Source of the DNA: Proteobacteria bacterium UBA3588
GTDB lineage: Bacteria; Pseudomonadota; Gammaproteobacteria; Thiohalomonadales; Thiohalomonadaceae
DNA: 57,982 nucleotides
Direction: 5' to 3'
Assembly (NCBI GenBank): GCA_002376325.1
Contig: DFMR01000139.1
Location: forward strand, 1 to 57,982
Shown here: piece by piece, positions 19,964 through 29,730 of the stretch
Numbering within the stretch: position 1 is the first letter of the stretch
Layout: every line of letters begins with the position of its first letter
Position numbers and translations under genes: made by a program
Notes under the pieces: generated by a model
Seen by the model: the letters and a program-made list of their open reading frames with translations, nothing else
Database searches by the model: none
Told to the model about the DNA's origin: nothing

Positions 19964-21016
19964 TCATCTTTTTTGCATCATTGCCGCCATCTTTTCCGCC
20001 GTCGGATTCAACACCACCCCCTTCTCCGTGACAATGGCGTCGATCAACCCCGCCGGGGTGACGTCGAAGGCGGGATTCCATGCCTCCGCACCCTCCGCTG
20101 CCACCCGTTGGCCGCCCAGGTTCAAGACCTCGTCCGGCGCGCGGTTTTCGATAGGGATCAACTCACCGCCGGCCAGCGACATATCCACCGTCGAGGTGGG
20201 CGCAACCACCATGAATCTCACCCCGTGATAACGGGCATTGACCGCGGCGCTGTAGGTGCCGATCTTGTTGGCCACATCGCCGTTGGCGGCAATGCGGTCG
20301 GAACCGACGATGACCCAACTCACCCTGCCCTGCTTCATCAGGTGCGCGGCAGCGGCGTCGGCCAGCAGCGTCACCGGAATATGGTCCTGCACCAATTCCC
20401 AGGCCGTGAGGCGCGCCCCCTGCAACCAGGGCCGGGTCTCGTCGGCGTAGACCTGTGCGATGCGACCGTCAGCATAGGCGCTGCGAATCACCCCCAGGGC
20501 GGTGCCGTAACCGCCGGTCGCCAGAGAACCGGTATTGCAGTGGGTCAATACCGCGCCGCCGCGTCCTTCGATCAGCGCCGCCCCCAGTTCTCCCATGCGG
20601 CGATTGGCGGCGATGTCCTCGTCGTGGATTGCCATCGCCTCGGCCAGCAGGGCCGGCTCCGGATCGCTATCGGGCAGTGCGGCGATGCGGCGCTCCATCC
20701 GCTCCAGCGCCCAGCACAGGTTGACCGCAGTGGGACGCGCAGCGGCGAGCCGCGCCACGTCCGCCTTAATACCTTCGCGCCACCCGGCGCCCTCGGCGCG
20801 ATAACGCAGCCGTGCGGCCAGCACCACCGCATAGGCGGCGGTCACCCCGATGGCCGGCGCACCGCGCACCACCATGTCGGTAATGGCCTGCGCCACCGCA
20901 GACGGATCGTCGTAACTCAGGTATTCGTGCCGTTGCGGCAGGATGCGCTGATCCAGCAACTGCAGGTTGCCGTCCCGCCACAGGACGGCGCGAATCGTGT
21001 CGTGCTTGGTCGTCAT
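19964..21016 (-). CDS. mtnA: S-methyl-5-thioribose-1-phosphate isomerase
   Basis: [65 protein letters not shown]. Confidence 0.96.
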   Translation of the reverse strand: MTTKHDTIRAVLWRDGNLQLLDQRILPQRHEYLSYDDPSAVAQAITDMVVRGAPAIGVTAAYAVVLAARLRYRAEGAGWREGIKADVARLAAARPTAVNLCWALERMERRIAALPDSDPEPALLAEAMAIHDEDIAANRRMGELGAALIEGRGGAVLTHCNTGSLATGGYGTALGVIRSAYADGRIAQVYADETRPWLQGARLTAWELVQDHIPVTLLADAAAAHLMKQGRVSWVIVGSDRIAANGDVANKIGTYSAAVNARYHGVRFMVVAPTSTVDMSLAGGELIPIENRAPDEVLNLGGQRVAAEGAEAWNPAFDVTPAGLIDAIVTEKGVVLNPTAEKMAAMMQKR

Positions 21017-21127
21017 TGCGATCTATACCGGTTGGAACAACAGCGCCGTATCCTACCTTATTCCGATCACACCGTCCCTGCCGCCAGCGACTTGTAACCC
21101 CCTGCGGTGCCCTGTATCTTTCGCCCC

Positions 21128-22462
21128 ATGAAACGCGTTGACACGCTTCTCCATGCCCGCTGGGTGATCCCGGTCGAACCATATAATGTGGCGCTGGAGC
21201 ATCACTCCATCGCCATCGCCGACGGCCGTATCGCGGCGCTACTCCCGAGTGTCGATGCGCGTCGCGAGTACACGGCAGAGGCCGAAATCGAGTTACCGAC
21301 CCACACCCTGATCCCCGGCCTCGTCAACGCCCACACCCATGCCGCCATGGCAATGATGCGCGGCCTCGCCGACGATCTGCCGCTGATGGAGTGGCTCAAT
21401 CAGCACATCTGGCCGGCGGAAGCGCGCTGGGTCAGCGAAGAGTTCGTACACGACGGCACCCAACTGGCCATTGCCGAGATGCTGCGCGGCGGCACCACCT
21501 GCTTCAACGACATGTACTTCTATCCCGACGCGGCGGCGCGGGCGGCCAGCCACGCCGGCATGCGCGCAGTGGTCGGAATGATCGTCATCGATTTCCCCAC
21601 CGCCTGGGCGCAGAACGGCGAGGACTACCTGCACAAGGGGATCAAGGTCCACGACCAGTTCCACACCGACCCGCTGATCACCGCCGCCTTCGCACCCCAC
21701 GCCCCCTACACCGTATCCGACGGCCCGCTGGAGAAGGTGGTGATGTACGCCGAGGAGATGGACGTGCCGATCCATATGCATGTGCATGAGACCGCCGATG
21801 AGGTGAACCAGGCCGTGGCCGCCGACGGCAAACGCCCGCTGCAGCGCCTGGGCGAAATCGGCGTCACCTCGCCGCGGCTGGTCGCGGTGCACATGACCCA
21901 GCTTGACGACGCCGAGATTGCCGCCTTCGCCGCGGCCGGTGCCCACGTGGTGCACTGTCCCGAGTCCAACCTGAAGCTGGCCAGCGGCTTCTGCCCGGTA
22001 CAGCGGCTGCTCGATGCCGGCATCAACGTCGCCCTCGGCACCGACGGCGCGGCCAGCAACAACGACCTCGACCTGTTCGGCGAGATGCGCACCGCCGCCC
22101 TGCTGGCCAAAGGCGTCGCGGGCGACGCCAGCGCCGTGCCGGCCGCCCAGGCGCTGCATATGGCCACCCTCGGCGGCGCCCGGGCGCTCGGTCTGGAGGA
22201 GATCGCCGGTTCGTTGCAGCCGGGCAAGGCCGCGGATATCGTAGCGGTGGATATGGGCGCGGTGGAGACCCAACCGCTGTACCATCCCATCTCACAACTG
22301 GTCTATGCCACCGGTCGCGACAAGGTGAGCGACGTCTGGGTCGCCGGCCGCCACCTGCTCAAGCAGCGCCGCCTGACCACGCTCGATGAAGCCGCGCTAC
22401 TGGCCAAGGCGGCCGAGTGGCACAACAAGATTCAGCAATCCGATGAAGAGGTAAACGATTAA
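21128..22462 (+). CDS. mtaD: TRZ/ATZ amidohydrolase (methylthioadenosine / S-adenosylhomocysteine deaminase-like)
   Basis: [40 protein letters not shown]; divergent from mtnA and upstream of ubiG. Confidence 0.85.
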   Translation: MKRVDTLLHARWVIPVEPYNVALEHHSIAIADGRIAALLPSVDARREYTAEAEIELPTHTLIPGLVNAHTHAAMAMMRGLADDLPLMEWLNQHIWPAEARWVSEEFVHDGTQLAIAEMLRGGTTCFNDMYFYPDAAARAASHAGMRAVVGMIVIDFPTAWAQNGEDYLHKGIKVHDQFHTDPLITAAFAPHAPYTVSDGPLEKVVMYAEEMDVPIHMHVHETADEVNQAVAADGKRPLQRLGEIGVTSPRLVAVHMTQLDDAEIAAFAAAGAHVVHCPESNLKLASGFCPVQRLLDAGINVALGTDGAASNNDLDLFGEMRTAALLAKGVAGDASAVPAAQALHMATLGGARALGLEEIAGSLQPGKAADIVAVDMGAVETQPLYHPISQLVYATGRDKVSDVWVAGRHLLKQRRLTTLDEAALLAKAAEWHNKIQQSDEEVND

Positions 22463-22464
22463 CC

Positions 22465-23172
22465 ATGAGCGCGCACGGTCATAACGTCGACCCCGCCGAG
22501 GTCAACAAATTCGAGGAGTTGGCCTCCCGCTGGTGGGATACCGACAGCGAGTTCAAACCGCTGCACGATATTAACCCGCTGCGTTTGGACTACATCGATC
22601 GCCACGCCGGCCTCGCCGGCAAGCGGGTGCTCGATATCGGCTGCGGCGGCGGTATCCTGTCCGAAAGCATGGCGCAACGCGGCGCCGTGGTGACCGGCAT
22701 CGACATGGGCGAGCAGCCGCTGATGGTGGCGCAGTTGCACAAGCTCGAATCCGGCGTCGAGGTAGATTACCAGCGCACCACCGCCGAACAGCTGGCGGCG
22801 CAAATGCCGGACAGCTTCGACATCGTCACCTGCATGGAGATGCTGGAGCACGTACCCGATCCGGCCTCGGTGATTGCCGCCTGCGCATGTTTGGTGAAAC
22901 CGGGCGGCCACGTATTCTTCTCCACCATCAACCGCAATCCAAAATCCTATCTATTCGCGGTGATCGGTGCCGAATACCTGCTGCGGCTGCTGCCCAAGGG
23001 AACGCACAACTACGCCAAATTCATCCGCCCCTCGGAACTGGAAAACTGGACGCGTCATGCCGGACTGGAGCTCAAGGAGCTGACCGGCATGAGCTACAAC
23101 CCGCTCACCCGCGGCTACTCGCTGGGACGGGATCTGAACGTGAATTACATGGGCTACGCAGTCAAAGAATAG
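22465..23172 (+). CDS. ubiG: Ubiquinone biosynthesis O-methyltransferase
   Basis: WWD...[52 protein letters not shown]. Confidence 0.97.
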   Translation: MSAHGHNVDPAEVNKFEELASRWWDTDSEFKPLHDINPLRLDYIDRHAGLAGKRVLDIGCGGGILSESMAQRGAVVTGIDMGEQPLMVAQLHKLESGVEVDYQRTTAEQLAAQMPDSFDIVTCMEMLEHVPDPASVIAACACLVKPGGHVFFSTINRNPKSYLFAVIGAEYLLRLLPKGTHNYAKFIRPSELENWTRHAGLELKELTGMSYNPLTRGYSLGRDLNVNYMGYAVKE

Positions 23173-23232
23173 TTTCGGGTTCCGGGTTAGAGGAACAGCG
23201 AAGCCGCCAATGCGAAATCCGGAACTAGCCCC

Positions 23233-23895
23233 ATGATCCGTACCGTTCTCTTCGACCTCGACGGCACCCTGGCCGACACCGCCCCGGACCTGGCCTTTGC
23301 GCTCAATGAAACGCTGCGCAGCGCCGGCCGCGAACCGCTGGACTACGCGACGATCCGCCCGGTGGTCTCCCACGGCGGCGGCGCACTGCTTAAGCTCGGG
23401 TTCGGCAACAGTGTCGCGGCTACGGAGTTCGCCCGTCTGCGCGACCTCTTTCTCAACACCTACCTGACGCATATCACCCGCGCCACCACCCTGTTCCCCG
23501 GTATGGCGGAACTGCTCGCCGCCATCGAGGCGCGCGGTCTCAACTGGGGCGTGGTGACCAACAAACCCGCCTGGCTTACCGATCCGCTAATGGCCGGCCT
23601 CGGCCTGACCCCCCGTGCCGCCGCCATCGTCAGCGGCGATACGCTGCCGCAACGCAAACCGGACCCGGCGCCAATGCTGCTGGCCTGCCGCCAGGCGGGC
23701 AGCCACGGCGCGGAATGCCTCTATCTCGGCGACGCCGAGCGCGATATCGCGGCCGGACGCAACGCGGGAATGCGCACGCTGGTCGCGCTGTTCGGCTATC
23801 TCGGGGCCGATGACCATCCCGACAGCTGGCAGGCGGACGGTATGATCGAACACCCTCTCCAACTACTGCGCTGGCTCGACGGCGACAACGTCTGA
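23233..23895 (+). CDS. gph: HAD-family phosphatase (phosphoglycolate phosphatase / MupP-like)
   Basis: FDLDGTLADT, VTNKP, KPDP, GDAERDI; directly after ubiG. Confidence 0.8.
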   Translation: MIRTVLFDLDGTLADTAPDLAFALNETLRSAGREPLDYATIRPVVSHGGGALLKLGFGNSVAATEFARLRDLFLNTYLTHITRATTLFPGMAELLAAIEARGLNWGVVTNKPAWLTDPLMAGLGLTPRAAAIVSGDTLPQRKPDPAPMLLACRQAGSHGAECLYLGDAERDIAAGRNAGMRTLVALFGYLGADDHPDSWQADGMIEHPLQLLRWLDGDNV

Positions 23896-23954
23896 ACGTC
23901 CGGCGGCGCATGGTAGACTAGCCGCACACCACCTCTACCTGCCGGGACAGCCCT

Positions 23955-25223
23955 ATGACGGGAACCTATTTGCTGCTGCTCGTGCTGGCGATACTGCTCG
24001 CGGCCGTACTCAGCGCCGCCCTCACCTACGTCGTCAACCACAACCGCATCGTGCTGTTGCATGAGGAGAACGCCAAACTACAGGCCGAGCTGGACGCCGA
24101 ACGCCGTGCCGCCATCGACAAGGCAGCGGTGCTGCAAGAGGCGCGCAACAACCTCGCCGGCACCTTCAGTTCCCTGGCCAGCGAGGCGCTCAAGCACAAT
24201 AGCGGCGAATTCCTGCGGCTGGCACAGGAAAACCTCAAACAGTTCCAGGTGCAGGCAACGGGCGAACTGGCGCAGCGGGAAAAGGCCGTGGAGAGTATGG
24301 TCAAACCTATCCGCGAGGCATTGGAGAAGACCGAGAAACAGATCCACGAAATGGAAAAGAGCCGCGCCGAGTCCTACGGCTCGCTCAGCAAACACCTGGA
24401 ATCCCTCGCCGAGGCCCATCGCACGCTGCAGGGCGAGACACGCAATCTGGTGCAGGCACTGCGCCGCCCCGAGGTGCGCGGACAATGGGGTGAAATGACC
24501 CTCAAGCGCCTGGCAGAACTCGCCGGCATGGTGGAACATTGCGACTTCTACGAGCAGCAACAGGTGCGCACCGACGAGGGCAGCCTGCGGCCGGACATGG
24601 TGGTGCGCATGCCCGACCAGCGCGACATCGTGGTCGACGCCAAAACGCCCCTCGACGCCTACCTCAGCGCCATCGAGGCGAGCGACGACGAGACCCGGCG
24701 CAAGGAGCTCGAACGGCACGCGCGCAAAGTGCGGGAGCGGGTACGCGAGCTGGCCAGCAAGGCCTACTGGCAGCAGTTCAAGAATTCCCCCGATTTCGTC
24801 GTGCTGTTCATCCCGGGAGAGCAGTTCCTTTCCGCTGCACTGGAACTGGATCGCAAACTGCTCGAGGATGCGCTGGCCGACAAGGTGATCCTGGCCACGC
24901 CCACCAGCTTCGTCGCCCTGCTGCGCGCCGTCGCCTACGGCTGGCGGCAGCAGGCGCTGGCGCAGAACGCCGAACAGATCCGCCAGTTGGGAGAAGAACT
25001 GTACGGCCGCGTCGCGGTATTTACCGAACACCTGGCGCGGCTGGGCAAGAGTCTGGAGAGCAGCGTCGGCCACTTCAACAAGACAGTGGGCACCTTCGAC
25101 AGCCGCGTGTTGCCGAGCATGCGCCGTTTTTCCGAAATGGGGGTCAGCGCCAAGAAGGAGCCGACCGACGTGGCGCAGATCGAGACGGCCGCGCGCGACG
25201 TGGTCGGTCCGGGCGAGGATTGA
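23955..25223 (+). CDS. rmuC: DNA recombination protein RmuC
   Basis: N-terminal TM and coiled coil, RGQWGEMTL, LRPDMVV.MP...IVVDAK, PDFVVLFIPGE, ATPTS. Confidence 0.93.
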   Translation: MTGTYLLLLVLAILLAAVLSAALTYVVNHNRIVLLHEENAKLQAELDAERRAAIDKAAVLQEARNNLAGTFSSLASEALKHNSGEFLRLAQENLKQFQVQATGELAQREKAVESMVKPIREALEKTEKQIHEMEKSRAESYGSLSKHLESLAEAHRTLQGETRNLVQALRRPEVRGQWGEMTLKRLAELAGMVEHCDFYEQQQVRTDEGSLRPDMVVRMPDQRDIVVDAKTPLDAYLSAIEASDDETRRKELERHARKVRERVRELASKAYWQQFKNSPDFVVLFIPGEQFLSAALELDRKLLEDALADKVILATPTSFVALLRAVAYGWRQQALAQNAEQIRQLGEELYGRVAVFTEHLARLGKSLESSVGHFNKTVGTFDSRVLPSMRRFSEMGVSAKKEPTDVAQIETAARDVVGPGED

Positions 25224-25257
25224 ACGGACAGTCCGGCGATTGCCGCAAGCGCCTTGC

Positions 25258-25351
25258 GTAGGAGCGCATCCGGCGCGATTGCAGTGAATGTCGATTCATT
25301 GCGACGGAGTTCGCCAATGACGCGGCTGTAGCGCGGCACAGCCGCTCCTAC
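25258..25351. repeat. Inverted REP doublet (REPIN-like) between convergent genes
   Basis: GTAGGAGCGCATCCGGCGCGA (+, 25258-25278) and GTAGGAGCGGCTGTGCCGCG (-, 25332-25351), with an internal hairpin GCAGTGAAT/ATTCATTGC. Confidence 0.7.
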
Positions 25352-25536
25352 TGGAGGGTCTTCTTGATGGCCTCTTTCGATTCGTGCAGTAGATCCTTGG
25401 CGGTATCCTTGGCCTTGTCGCGCAGGCTCTTCTCCGCGAACGGATTGCTCAACAACGGCTTGTCGCGGGCGATGTTGATGCCGAACCACATGCCGATAAG
25501 CAGTACGATAACAATGAGATACAGCATCTTCTTCAT
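25348..25536 (-). CDS. Small (62 aa) membrane-anchored hypothetical protein
   Basis: C-terminal part of track ORF 25348..26364: MKKMLYLIVIVLLIGMWFGINIARDKPLLSNPFAEKSLRDKAKDTAKDLLHESKEAIKKTLQ. It fills the rmuC-hpnC gap, has GAGGG upstream, and shows a TM helix plus amphipathic tail. Confidence 0.75.
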   Translation of the reverse strand: MKKMLYLIVIVLLIGMWFGINIARDKPLLSNPFAEKSLRDKAKDTAKDLLHESKEAIKKTLQ

Positions 25537-25560
25537 TTCCGGACCCTCTTTTGTCCCACT

Positions 25561-26472
25561 ATGACAACCGACGCTACCACAGCCGCTCATCCAACGTACA
25601 CTATCGACGCGGCGTATGCCTATTGCGCAGCGATGGCCTATGGCCATTACGAAAACTTTCCGGTGGCGTCGTTCCTGCTGCCGGCCGCCATCCGCCGCCC
25701 GGTCGCCGTCGTCTACGCCTTTGCCCGCAGCGCCGACGACCTCGCCGATGAAGACACGATACCGGAGCAGCGACGCATCGCGCTTCTCGACGCCTATGAG
25801 GCGCAGCTGACCGCCGTCGCCTCCGGCGAGACATCCTCCGCACCGGTGTTCATCGCCCTGGCCGACGTGTGGCGCAATCACGACCTGCCGCTGCCGCTGT
25901 TCCACGACCTGCTGTCGGCCTTCCGCCAGGATGTGCTGCAACGCCGTTACCGCGACTTCGCCTCCGTGCTCGACTACTGCCGCCGCTCCGCCAACCCCGT
26001 CGGCCGGCTGCTGCTCCACCTCAGCGGCAACGCCGAGGCGGAAAATCTGCGGCTGTCGGACCACGTCTGCACCGCATTGCAGCTGATCAATTTCTACCAG
26101 GATCTGCTGCAGGATTTCGACGAAAACGACCGCATCTACCTCCCCGCCGACGAGATGGCACACTACCGCGTTACGGAACAGCACTTCCGTGAACGCCGTA
26201 ACGATCGTGCGCTGCGCCAGCTGCTGGCTGCACAATACCGGCGCTGCCGCGAACTGATGCTGGCCGGCGCCCCGCTCGGACGCCGTCTGCGCGGTCGTTT
26301 CGGTTGGGAGATTCGCCTTATCGTCGAAGGGGGCTTGCAGGTGCTGGCGCGGCTGGAACGGCAACTGGACAGCGCGCCGTTTGCACGGCCGCGGCTGCGC
26401 CGTCGCGACTGGCCGTCCATGCTGTGGCGCACCCTGGTCGCCCGTTATCCCGCAACCGCCCCTCGCCTGTGA
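25561..26472 (+). CDS. hpnC: Hydroxysqualene synthase HpnC
   Basis: HYENFPVAS, YAFARSADDLADE, YCRRSANPVGRL, ALQLINFYQD. Confidence 0.92.
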   Translation: MTTDATTAAHPTYTIDAAYAYCAAMAYGHYENFPVASFLLPAAIRRPVAVVYAFARSADDLADEDTIPEQRRIALLDAYEAQLTAVASGETSSAPVFIALADVWRNHDLPLPLFHDLLSAFRQDVLQRRYRDFASVLDYCRRSANPVGRLLLHLSGNAEAENLRLSDHVCTALQLINFYQDLLQDFDENDRIYLPADEMAHYRVTEQHFRERRNDRALRQLLAAQYRRCRELMLAGAPLGRRLRGRFGWEIRLIVEGGLQVLARLERQLDSAPFARPRLRRRDWPSMLWRTLVARYPATAPRL

Positions 26473-26507
26473 TAAGTTATCGTCCTGCCCAGGACTGCGA
26501 CCCCATC

Positions 26508-27374
26508 ATGACACCGGATCAATATTGCGACGACCGCGCAGCACGCAGCGGCTCCAGTTTTTATTACAGTTTTCTATTTCTTCCGCCCGAGCAACGACGC
26601 GCCATTACCGCGCTCTATGCCTTCTGCCGGGAGGTGGACGATGTGGTCGACGAGTGCAGCGATAACGCCCTCGCGCAGACGAAACTGGAGTGGTGGCGTG
26701 GGGAAATCGCGGCGTTGTTCGCAGGCTCGCCGCAGCACCCGGTGACCCTGGCCCTGCAACCCGTCACCGCCCGCCACAACCTGCCGCAGGAATATTTCCA
26801 GGAGATCATCGACGGCATGGCCATGGACCTGCAACAGGTACGCTATGCGTCGTTCAAGGAATTGCAGCTCTACTGCTATCGCGTCGCCAGCGTGGTGGGG
26901 ATGATGGCGGCCGAGATCTTCGGTTATGAAGATCGCCGCACGCTGAAATATGCCCACGACCTGGGCATTGCCTTTCAACTCACCAACATCCTGCGCGACG
27001 TCGGCGAAGACGCGGCGCGCGGCCGCATCTACCTGCCGGCCGACGAAATGGAGCGCTTCGAGGTCAGCAACGACGACATTCTCCAACACCGCGGTTCCGA
27101 CGGCGTATATGCGCTGTTCCGGTTCCAGGCCGACCGCGCCCGCGACTACTATCGGCAGGCCTTCGCGCGGTTGCCGGAGAACGATCGGCTGAGTCAGCGT
27201 AGCGGCCTGATCATGGCGGCGATCTATCTCTCGACCCTGGACAAGATCGAGCGGGAGAACTTTCCGGTGCAGCAGCGGCGGGTACGGTTGTCGCCGTGGC
27301 ACAAACTGTGGATCGCCTGGCGTACCGCGCGAGGCGAGACAAAACGCCGGCACCGCCACCTGAAACGAAAATGA
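26508..27374 (+). CDS. hpnD: Presqualene diphosphate synthase HpnD
   Basis: SGSSFYYSF, LYAFCREVDDVVD, YCYRVASVVG, FQLTNILRDVGEDAARGRIYLP. Confidence 0.92.
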   Translation: MTPDQYCDDRAARSGSSFYYSFLFLPPEQRRAITALYAFCREVDDVVDECSDNALAQTKLEWWRGEIAALFAGSPQHPVTLALQPVTARHNLPQEYFQEIIDGMAMDLQQVRYASFKELQLYCYRVASVVGMMAAEIFGYEDRRTLKYAHDLGIAFQLTNILRDVGEDAARGRIYLPADEMERFEVSNDDILQHRGSDGVYALFRFQADRARDYYRQAFARLPENDRLSQRSGLIMAAIYLSTLDKIERENFPVQQRRVRLSPWHKLWIAWRTARGETKRRHRHLKRK

Positions 27375-28681
27375 CTGCCGGCCCGGTCATTATTATCGGT
27401 GGCGGCTGGGCCGGTCTCGCCGCCGCCGTCGAGCTCGCCGCCGCCGCTGTTCCCGTGCACCTGCTGGAAGCGGCGCCGCAACTGGGCGGGCGGGCGCGCA
27501 GCATCCAGGCCCACGCCATGGAGCTGGACAACGGCCAGCACCTGTTGCTCGGTGCCTACCGGGAAACACTGCGACTGCTGCGCCGCGTCGGCGTGCATGA
27601 ACGTGAGGTGTTGGCGCGCACCCCGCTGCACCTCGCCGTGCACCGCCCCCAGGGTATGGTAGAACTCGCAGCGCCGCCCCTTCCGGCTCCGCTGCACCTT
27701 CTCTGGGCGCTATGGCGCGGACGCGGCCTATCACATGAGGAACGCCGGGCGGCGCTACGTTTCTGTCTGTCGGCCTATCGCTCACGCTTCACTGTGACGC
27801 CCGACATCAGCGTCGCGCAGCTGCTGGCGGCACAGCCGAACTCGCTGATCGAGGTGCTGTGGGAACCGCTCTGCCTGGCGACGCTCAACACGCCGTTGCG
27901 CGATGCGTCCGCGGCCCTGTTCCTGGCCGTTCTGCGCGACGCCTTCAGCCGGCGCCGGCGCGATTCCGACCTGCTCTACCCGATCACCCCTCTCGGTGCC
28001 GTGCTGCCGGCCCCGGCGCGACGCTACATCGAGCGCCACGGCGGCGTGGTGGAGACCCGGCGCCGGGTCCGCGCCCTGACCCTGGCAGCGGCCGCCGTTA
28101 CCGGCGTCGCCACCGACGGCGGCACACTCAGCAGCGGGCATGTGGTGGTGGCCACGGCGCCACGCCATGCCCGCCATCTGCTCGCCGCACACCCGCCGCT
28201 GCACACCGCGAACGCACAGCTGGCGCAACTCGATGACGAACCCATCGTCACCCTTTACCTGCGCTACCCCCCCGACACCACCCTGGAGCGCACCATGGTG
28301 GGCATGAGCGGCACACTGACCCAGTGGCTGTTCGATCGCGGCCGCCTCTGCGGCGCGAAGGGGCTGATGGCAGCGGTGATAAGCGGCCCGGGAGCGCACA
28401 GCGCGATGAGCAACGAACGGCTCGCCGCCGCCGTCGCGGGCGAAGTCGCCGACCGTTACCCGCACTGGCCCGCCCCTCTGGAGACTCTGGTCATACGCGA
28501 ACGGCGCGCCACCTTCCGCAGCAGCGTCGGCGTGGGGGCCTGGCGCCCCAATCACGCCACCGCCGTCGCAGGGTTATGGCTTGCGGGTGACTACACTGAT
28601 ACGGGTTATCCCGCCACACTCGAAGGCGCGGTGCGCAGTGGGGTACAATGCGCGCGCCGAATTATCCGACAGCTTGGCTAA
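27371..28681 (+). CDS. hpnE: Hydroxysqualene dehydroxylase HpnE (FAD-dependent)
   Basis: IGGGWAGLAAA, GGRARS, LDNGQHLLLGAY, LAGDYTDTGYPATLEGAVRSG; ATGA overlap with hpnD. Confidence 0.92.
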   Translation: MTAGPVIIIGGGWAGLAAAVELAAAAVPVHLLEAAPQLGGRARSIQAHAMELDNGQHLLLGAYRETLRLLRRVGVHEREVLARTPLHLAVHRPQGMVELAAPPLPAPLHLLWALWRGRGLSHEERRAALRFCLSAYRSRFTVTPDISVAQLLAAQPNSLIEVLWEPLCLATLNTPLRDASAALFLAVLRDAFSRRRRDSDLLYPITPLGAVLPAPARRYIERHGGVVETRRRVRALTLAAAAVTGVATDGGTLSSGHVVVATAPRHARHLLAAHPPLHTANAQLAQLDDEPIVTLYLRYPPDTTLERTMVGMSGTLTQWLFDRGRLCGAKGLMAAVISGPGAHSAMSNERLAAAVAGEVADRYPHWPAPLETLVIRERRATFRSSVGVGAWRPNHATAVAGLWLAGDYTDTGYPATLEGAVRSGVQCARRIIRQLG

Positions 28682-28712
28682 CAGCGCCCGCGCGGCGTCA
28701 CGAGGATCCACG

Positions 28713-29453
28713 ATGCACAACTACAAACCCGCCCCCGACCTGCTCAAAGACCGCGTCATCCTGGTAACCGGCGCCAGCGACGGCATCGGCGCCGCCGCGG
28801 CCAAAAGTTTCGCCGCCCACGGCGCGACGGTCGTGCTGCTCGGACGCAACATCCGCAAACTGGAAAAGGTCTACGACGAAATCGAGGCACTGGGCGCGCC
28901 GCAGCCGGCGATCTACCCGATGAATCTGGATGGCGCGGCGACCAAGGACTACACCGCGCTGGCGGAGACCTTGGACAAGGAGTTCGGCCGCCTCGACGGC
29001 CTGCTGCACAACGCCGCTCTGCTCGGCACGCTGACGCCGCTGGACCAGTACGACCTGGAGCAGTGGGCCAAGGTGATGCAGGTCAACCTGCATGCCCCCT
29101 ATCTCCTGACCCGCGCCGTGCTGCCGTTGCTGCGCAATACCACCGACGCCTCGGTGATTTTCACCAGTTCGCAGGTCGGCCGCAAAGGCCGCGCCTACTG
29201 GGGCGCCTACGGCATCACCAACGCGGCCGTCGAAAACATGATGGAGATTTGGGCCGACGAGTTGGAGGCCAATACCCCGGTTCGCATGAACAGCATCGAC
29301 CCCGGCGCCGTGCGCACGACGATGCGGCGGCTGGCCTATCCGGGCGAAGACGCCAACACCCTGCCGCGACCTGAAGAGATTCTCGCCGTCTACCTCTACC
29401 TCATCGGTCCCGAAAGCCGCGGCACCACCGGCCAGCGTTTCAACGCGCAATAA
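28713..29453 (+). CDS. yciK: YciK family short-chain oxidoreductase
   Basis: LVTGASDGIG, LDGLLHNA, GRKGRAYWGAY, AYPGED. GAGGA precedes ATG 28713. Confidence 0.88.
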   Translation: MHNYKPAPDLLKDRVILVTGASDGIGAAAAKSFAAHGATVVLLGRNIRKLEKVYDEIEALGAPQPAIYPMNLDGAATKDYTALAETLDKEFGRLDGLLHNAALLGTLTPLDQYDLEQWAKVMQVNLHAPYLLTRAVLPLLRNTTDASVIFTSSQVGRKGRAYWGAYGITNAAVENMMEIWADELEANTPVRMNSIDPGAVRTTMRRLAYPGEDANTLPRPEEILAVYLYLIGPESRGTTGQRFNAQ

Positions 29454-29463
29454 CCCGCAAGAC

Positions 29464-29496
29464 CGCACCGCTACCCGTGTGGCGGGTACCGGTGCG
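29464..29496 (+). terminator. Stem-loop after yciK (probable terminator)
   Basis: CGCACCG-C-TACCCG / CGGGTA-C-CGGTGCG followed by TATCCTTT; the U tract is weak. Confidence 0.5.
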
Positions 29497-29595
29497 TATC
29501 CTTTCCCCGCGCCGGACCCGTTCGCGACACGACGCCGCACGGCAAGCACCCCCCTCACCCGGCCACTCTGCGCGCAGCGCTTCGCTACTGTGATC

Positions 29596-29690
29596 GCGTC
29601 GATGTTTTGACGCAGCCCCAATAAGGGTGGAATAAATAAATACAACCTACTGATATTATTCAACAATACTGCATTGGCACAAAAATCGCT
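29596..29690 (+). promoter_or_regulatory. Sigma54 (-24/-12) promoter with upstream IHF site and palindromic enhancer (FleQ-box-like)
   Basis: TGGCAC-AAAAA-TCGCT at 29675-29690 (GG-N10-GC); TATCAG-TAGG-TTG on the minus strand at 29643-29655; GCGTC-GATGTTTT-GACGC at 29596-29613. Confidence 0.65.
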
Positions 29691-29730
29691 TCGACTTCAG
29701 CAAAGACCACAAGCCGCTGAAGGATCCATC

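Noticed and set aside
23173-23228. Weak 7-bp-periodic inverted repeat (GTTCCGG/CCGGAAC) between ubiG and gph
   Set aside because: Too short and degenerate to separate from chance in GC-rich DNA.
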